From Candidatus Micrarchaeia archaeon (GTDB lineage Archaea > Micrarchaeota > Micrarchaeia > CAILAH01), in the NCBI GenBank assembly GCA_049970015.1, contig JBMFNT010000001.1, forward strand, positions 1 to 38,550: 38,550 nt of DNA, read 5' to 3'. The position numbers and the translations under genes were made by a program. The notes beneath the pieces are model-generated. The model made no database searches, was not told where the DNA came from, and was given only the letters and a program-made list of their open reading frames with translations. This document shows positions 35,255 through 38,550 of the stretch, piece after piece. Position 1 is the first letter of the stretch; the number at the start of each line of letters is the position of its first letter.

Positions 35255-37402
35255 TTGGTGAAAGAGATTGAGTTAAAGGTTGCCGAGGCATTACAACATG
35301 ATGTTGGCAGGGGGATTGTGAGGATTGACAGTGCAGCACGCAAGGAGCTTGATGTTACTACTGGTGATGTTGTTGAGCTGAAGGGCAAAAAATCCACTGC
35401 AGCAATTGTTTGGCAGGCACACCCCCGTGATGAAGGGTATGGCCTGATACGTATGGACGGGTACCTTAGGCAGAATGCAGGTGTTGCAATAGGTGACAGG
35501 ATCATAATAAAGAAGGCAGATGTGAAAGAGGCAAAGAAGATTACGCTTGCACCAAAGCAACCGATGCAATTCTCACCGGGCTTTGACAAAATGCTTCAAA
35601 GGAGGTTGGTTGGCAGGGCACTAACCCGTGGCGATGTCATATATGTTGCTATATTTGGTACTCCTTTCCCGCTTGTTGTCACCCAGACATTTCCTACAGG
35701 CATTATCTTAGTGGGCAATGACACTGAGCTTTCAATCAAGAGCGAGCCTGCAAAAGAGCTTGGCCGCATTCCTTCAATATCTTATGAAGATATAGGTGGT
35801 CTAAAGGAGGAGATTCAGAAGATACGTGAGATGGTTGAACTTCCATTACGGCATCCTGAGCTTTTCCAGAGATTGGGCATAGACCCTCCAAAGGGAGTTT
35901 TGCTATATGGCCCTCCGGGCACAGGAAAAACACTACTCGCAAAAGCAGTTGCGAGCGAGAGTGAGGCAAACTTTTATTATATTGGTGGCCCAGAGCTTGT
36001 GAGCAAGTATGTTGGTGAGAGTGAGGAACGGTTGAGAAAACTTTTCAAAGAAGCAGAGGAAAATGCGCCAAGCATCATATTCATGGATGAGCTTGATGCA
36101 ATTGCCCCTAAGAGGGAGGAGGCCACTGGCGAGGTTGAGAGGAGGGTGGTAAGCCAGCTGCTTACCCTTATGGATGGCCTTGCGAGCAGAGGTCAGGTGA
36201 TAGTGATAGGTGCAACTAATAGGCAGAATGCGATTGACCAGGCACTCAGGAGGCCCGGCAGGTTTGATAGGGAGATTGAGATAGGTGTGCCTGACAGGAA
36301 TGCGCGCCTTGAAATACTTGAGATTCATACGAGACATATGCCTTTGGGTAAGGATGTTGACCTCAAGAGAATTGCAGATATTACTTATGGGTATACTGGT
36401 GCGGACATATCATCTCTGAGTAAGGAAGCAGCTATGCGTGCGCTCAGGAGAACATTACCAGAGCTTAATCTTGATGAGCCGATACCTCCGGAAGCGCTTG
36501 AGAAGATTGAAGTTGTACAATCCGATTTCCTTGATGCGATGAATGAGATATTACCTTCCGCATTAAGGGAGGTGTTTACTGAAGTGCCAAATGTGAGATG
36601 GGAAGATGTTGGCGGGCTTGACAATGCCAAGCAAACGCTTTCAGAGGCAGTTGAGCTTCCGCTTAAGCATCCAGAGTACTTTGAAAAGCTTGGGATACGA
36701 CCGACCCGTGGTGTTCTTTTAGTAGGCCCACCTGGAACCGGGAAGACATTATTGGCAAAAGCGGTTGCAACTGAAAGTGAGGCAAACTTTATCTCAATAA
36801 AGGGGCCGGAGGTGCTTAGCAAATGGGTTGGCGAGAGCGAAAAGATAGTGCGCGAGATATTCAGGAAGGCAAGGCAGGCAGCCCCCTGTATAGTGTTTAT
36901 AGATGAGATTGATGCTATAGCACCTGTCAGAGGATATGATGAGGGCTCTAAGGTGACTGAAAGGATAGTAAACACATTGCTAACAGAGCTTGATGGCATG
37001 GTAAATACTAAGAATGTGGTTGTACTGGCAGCAACAAACAGGCCGGACATAGTCGACCCCGCATTGCTTCGGACAGGAAGGTTTGATTACGTAGTTGAGA
37101 TACCTATGCCTGATGAGAATACAAGGGAACAGATATTCAAGGTGCATACAAAGAATATGCCATTAGCCAAGGATGTAAACCTCAAAAAGCTTGCTACAAT
37201 GACTGAGGGGTACACAGGTGCGGACATTGAAGGGGTATGCAAGGAGGCAGGCATGATTTTGATAAGGGAGAACAGGGTTGATGACAAGATTACAATGAGC
37301 GATTTTGAAAAGGCAATCGGAAACATAAAACCATCTCTTACGAAGACCGACATAGGAAGAATAGAGAAGTTCAAGGAGATGGAGAATATAATATACAGGT
37401 GA
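35255..37402 (+). CDS. cdc48: CDC48/VCP (VAT) AAA+ ATPase
   Basis: N domain ([10 protein letters not shown]), two AAA modules with [28 protein letters not shown]. Confidence 0.98.
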   Translation: MVKEIELKVAEALQHDVGRGIVRIDSAARKELDVTTGDVVELKGKKSTAAIVWQAHPRDEGYGLIRMDGYLRQNAGVAIGDRIIIKKADVKEAKKITLAPKQPMQFSPGFDKMLQRRLVGRALTRGDVIYVAIFGTPFPLVVTQTFPTGIILVGNDTELSIKSEPAKELGRIPSISYEDIGGLKEEIQKIREMVELPLRHPELFQRLGIDPPKGVLLYGPPGTGKTLLAKAVASESEANFYYIGGPELVSKYVGESEERLRKLFKEAEENAPSIIFMDELDAIAPKREEATGEVERRVVSQLLTLMDGLASRGQVIVIGATNRQNAIDQALRRPGRFDREIEIGVPDRNARLEILEIHTRHMPLGKDVDLKRIADITYGYTGADISSLSKEAAMRALRRTLPELNLDEPIPPEALEKIEVVQSDFLDAMNEILPSALREVFTEVPNVRWEDVGGLDNAKQTLSEAVELPLKHPEYFEKLGIRPTRGVLLVGPPGTGKTLLAKAVATESEANFISIKGPEVLSKWVGESEKIVREIFRKARQAAPCIVFIDEIDAIAPVRGYDEGSKVTERIVNTLLTELDGMVNTKNVVVLAATNRPDIVDPALLRTGRFDYVVEIPMPDENTREQIFKVHTKNMPLAKDVNLKKLATMTEGYTGADIEGVCKEAGMILIRENRVDDKITMSDFEKAIGNIKPSLTKTDIGRIEKFKEMENIIYR

Positions 37403-37407
37403 TATAA

Positions 37408-37791
37408 ATAAACATTAAGGCATTTTTTGCAACATTTTTGGTTTCTTTTGCACTTGCTCTCATACTATTTGCAATAATACCAGATAGCGACTTGATGCTT
37501 TTGCTCAAGATGCTGGCGGTGGCTGTTGCAATAACACTTCTTTCACCGTTCTGGTACCCGCACCTGCGTGGTGTGCGTGAGGGTGATATTGTGGTTTTTG
37601 CAAGCCCAACCCCTTTTGCACACTATGGCTTAAAGTATGGCAGGGCATTGAACAGTGGGCGCATAGGTTCGCACATAATGATTATGGATGAAGATGGTAA
37701 TGAGCATAGGTGTAGGGTAATCTCATATGCAGGCACTTTCTCTAAAGCGCGCGTAGTGATTGAAGATGAGGCAGAGGCAAAGGCGAGGTAA
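37408..37791 (+). CDS. Small membrane protein (two N-terminal TMs plus beta domain)
   Basis: Frame open from ATA 37408 just after an AGGTGAT SD; ORF track starts at TTG 37438. Confidence 0.75.
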   Translation: MNIKAFFATFLVSFALALILFAIIPDSDLMLLLKMLAVAVAITLLSPFWYPHLRGVREGDIVVFASPTPFAHYGLKYGRALNSGRIGSHIMIMDEDGNEHRCRVISYAGTFSKARVVIEDEAEAKAR

Positions 37792-37842
37792 GTGAAGTTA
37801 ATGTTATGTATTTATGAACGGCCATTGGCAATATATAGGTAG

Positions 37843-38475
37843 GTGGAGTTAATGTTAGGTATTGATACGCGTGAAATTGAGGAGATAGTCATTGCCATGC
37901 TTGTAATATCATTTGCAATACTTGTTGCGCAGATAGGGTTTTTTGGTCTGTTTAAGTATTCTATTGTTGAGATTGCAAAACAGCTTGGCGTATTGATAAT
38001 AGCTGTAGGTCTGGGTTTTATACTTCATGAGATGGCGCACAAGTTTGTTGCACAGAGGTATGGTGCAGTTGCAGGGTTTAGGATGTGGCCGCTGGGCCTA
38101 TTCATGTGCCTTGTTTTTGCAATATTGTTTGGGATAGTGCTTGCAGCACCCGGTGCAGTGTACATATATGGTGAAAGGATAACTAGAAAACAGAATGGCT
38201 TGATCTCTCTTGCAGGGCCGTTGACAAATCTTGTACTCGCCCTTATTTTCCTGTCACTGCTGCCATTTGCGGTTGCATACTCAGGCCCAAAATCAACCCT
38301 TAGCGAGATTGCACTTATTGGTTATAGTGTTAATGGATTGCTTGCACTGTTTAACCTTCTACCAGTACCTCCATTAGATGGGAGCAAAATAATTGCATGG
38401 AACTGGATGGTTTGGTTGGGTATAGGTATTCTTGTTTTTGTTGTCTATATTGGCCCATTATTTCTGTTAGCATGA
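37843..38475 (+). CDS. Site-2 protease (peptidase M50)
   Basis: LHEMAHK, ISLAGPLTN, FNLLPVPPLDGSK; the stop codon overlaps the terminal duplication junction. Confidence 0.95.
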   Translation: MELMLGIDTREIEEIVIAMLVISFAILVAQIGFFGLFKYSIVEIAKQLGVLIIAVGLGFILHEMAHKFVAQRYGAVAGFRMWPLGLFMCLVFAILFGIVLAAPGAVYIYGERITRKQNGLISLAGPLTNLVLALIFLSLLPFAVAYSGPKSTLSEIALIGYSVNGLLALFNLLPVPPLDGSKIIAWNWMVWLGIGILVFVVYIGPLFLLA

Positions 38476-38550
38476 GCAAAATAATTGCATGGAACTGGAT
38501 GGTTTGGTTGGGTATAGGTATTCTTGTTTTTGTTGTCTATATTGGCCCAT
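38382..38550. repeat. 77-bp exact direct duplication at contig end (38382-38458 = 38474-38550), probable assembly artefact
   Basis: Identical 77-mers 92 bp apart; the second ends exactly at the last base. Confidence 0.9.

Noticed and set aside
36385..37050. Long antisense ORFs (also 12208-12804, 25850-26485, 7538-8083, 3549-4082 and others)
   Set aside because: Ser/Ile/Phe-rich shadows of well-supported genes on the opposite strand, with no recognisable motifs

Overview
Gene-dense, AT-leaning archaeal chromosome segment, most likely a DPANN archaeon (Micrarchaeota-like; inferred from gene content and compactness, not from a search). The housekeeping backbone has valS, hisS, glyS, trpS, rps15, rps3ae, rpl15e, the RNase P proteins Rpp30 and Pop5, a short Nop5, archaeal dnaG, cdc48, acylphosphatase, a KaiC-like ATPase, a site-2 protease and an intron-containing tRNA-Thr(CGT). 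Type IV pilus parts are dispersed (two class III signal peptide proteins, two TadC/FlaJ-like proteins). Highlights: (1) a tightly coupled 7-gene minus-strand operon (23533-30775) with a VirB2/TrbC-like pilin, two paralogous membrane proteins resembling a split-off VirB4 N-terminal domain, a VirB4/HerA-type ATPase and three uncharacterised partners, with no relaxase or integrase, suggesting a non-mobile T4SS/Ced-like machine; (2) an archaeal NlpC/P60 hydrolase with two peptidoglycan-binding-like repeats; (3) a CBS + HPF-like candidate hibernation factor; (4) a structured RNA leader upstream of the DUF167-TOPRIM-dnaG operon; (5) orphan effector-like genes (ankyrin gene and pseudogene, degenerate kinase, frameshifted glycoside hydrolase lipoprotein). 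Both window ends carry exact 77-bp local duplications that look like assembly artefacts. All family calls come from motif recognition by eye.
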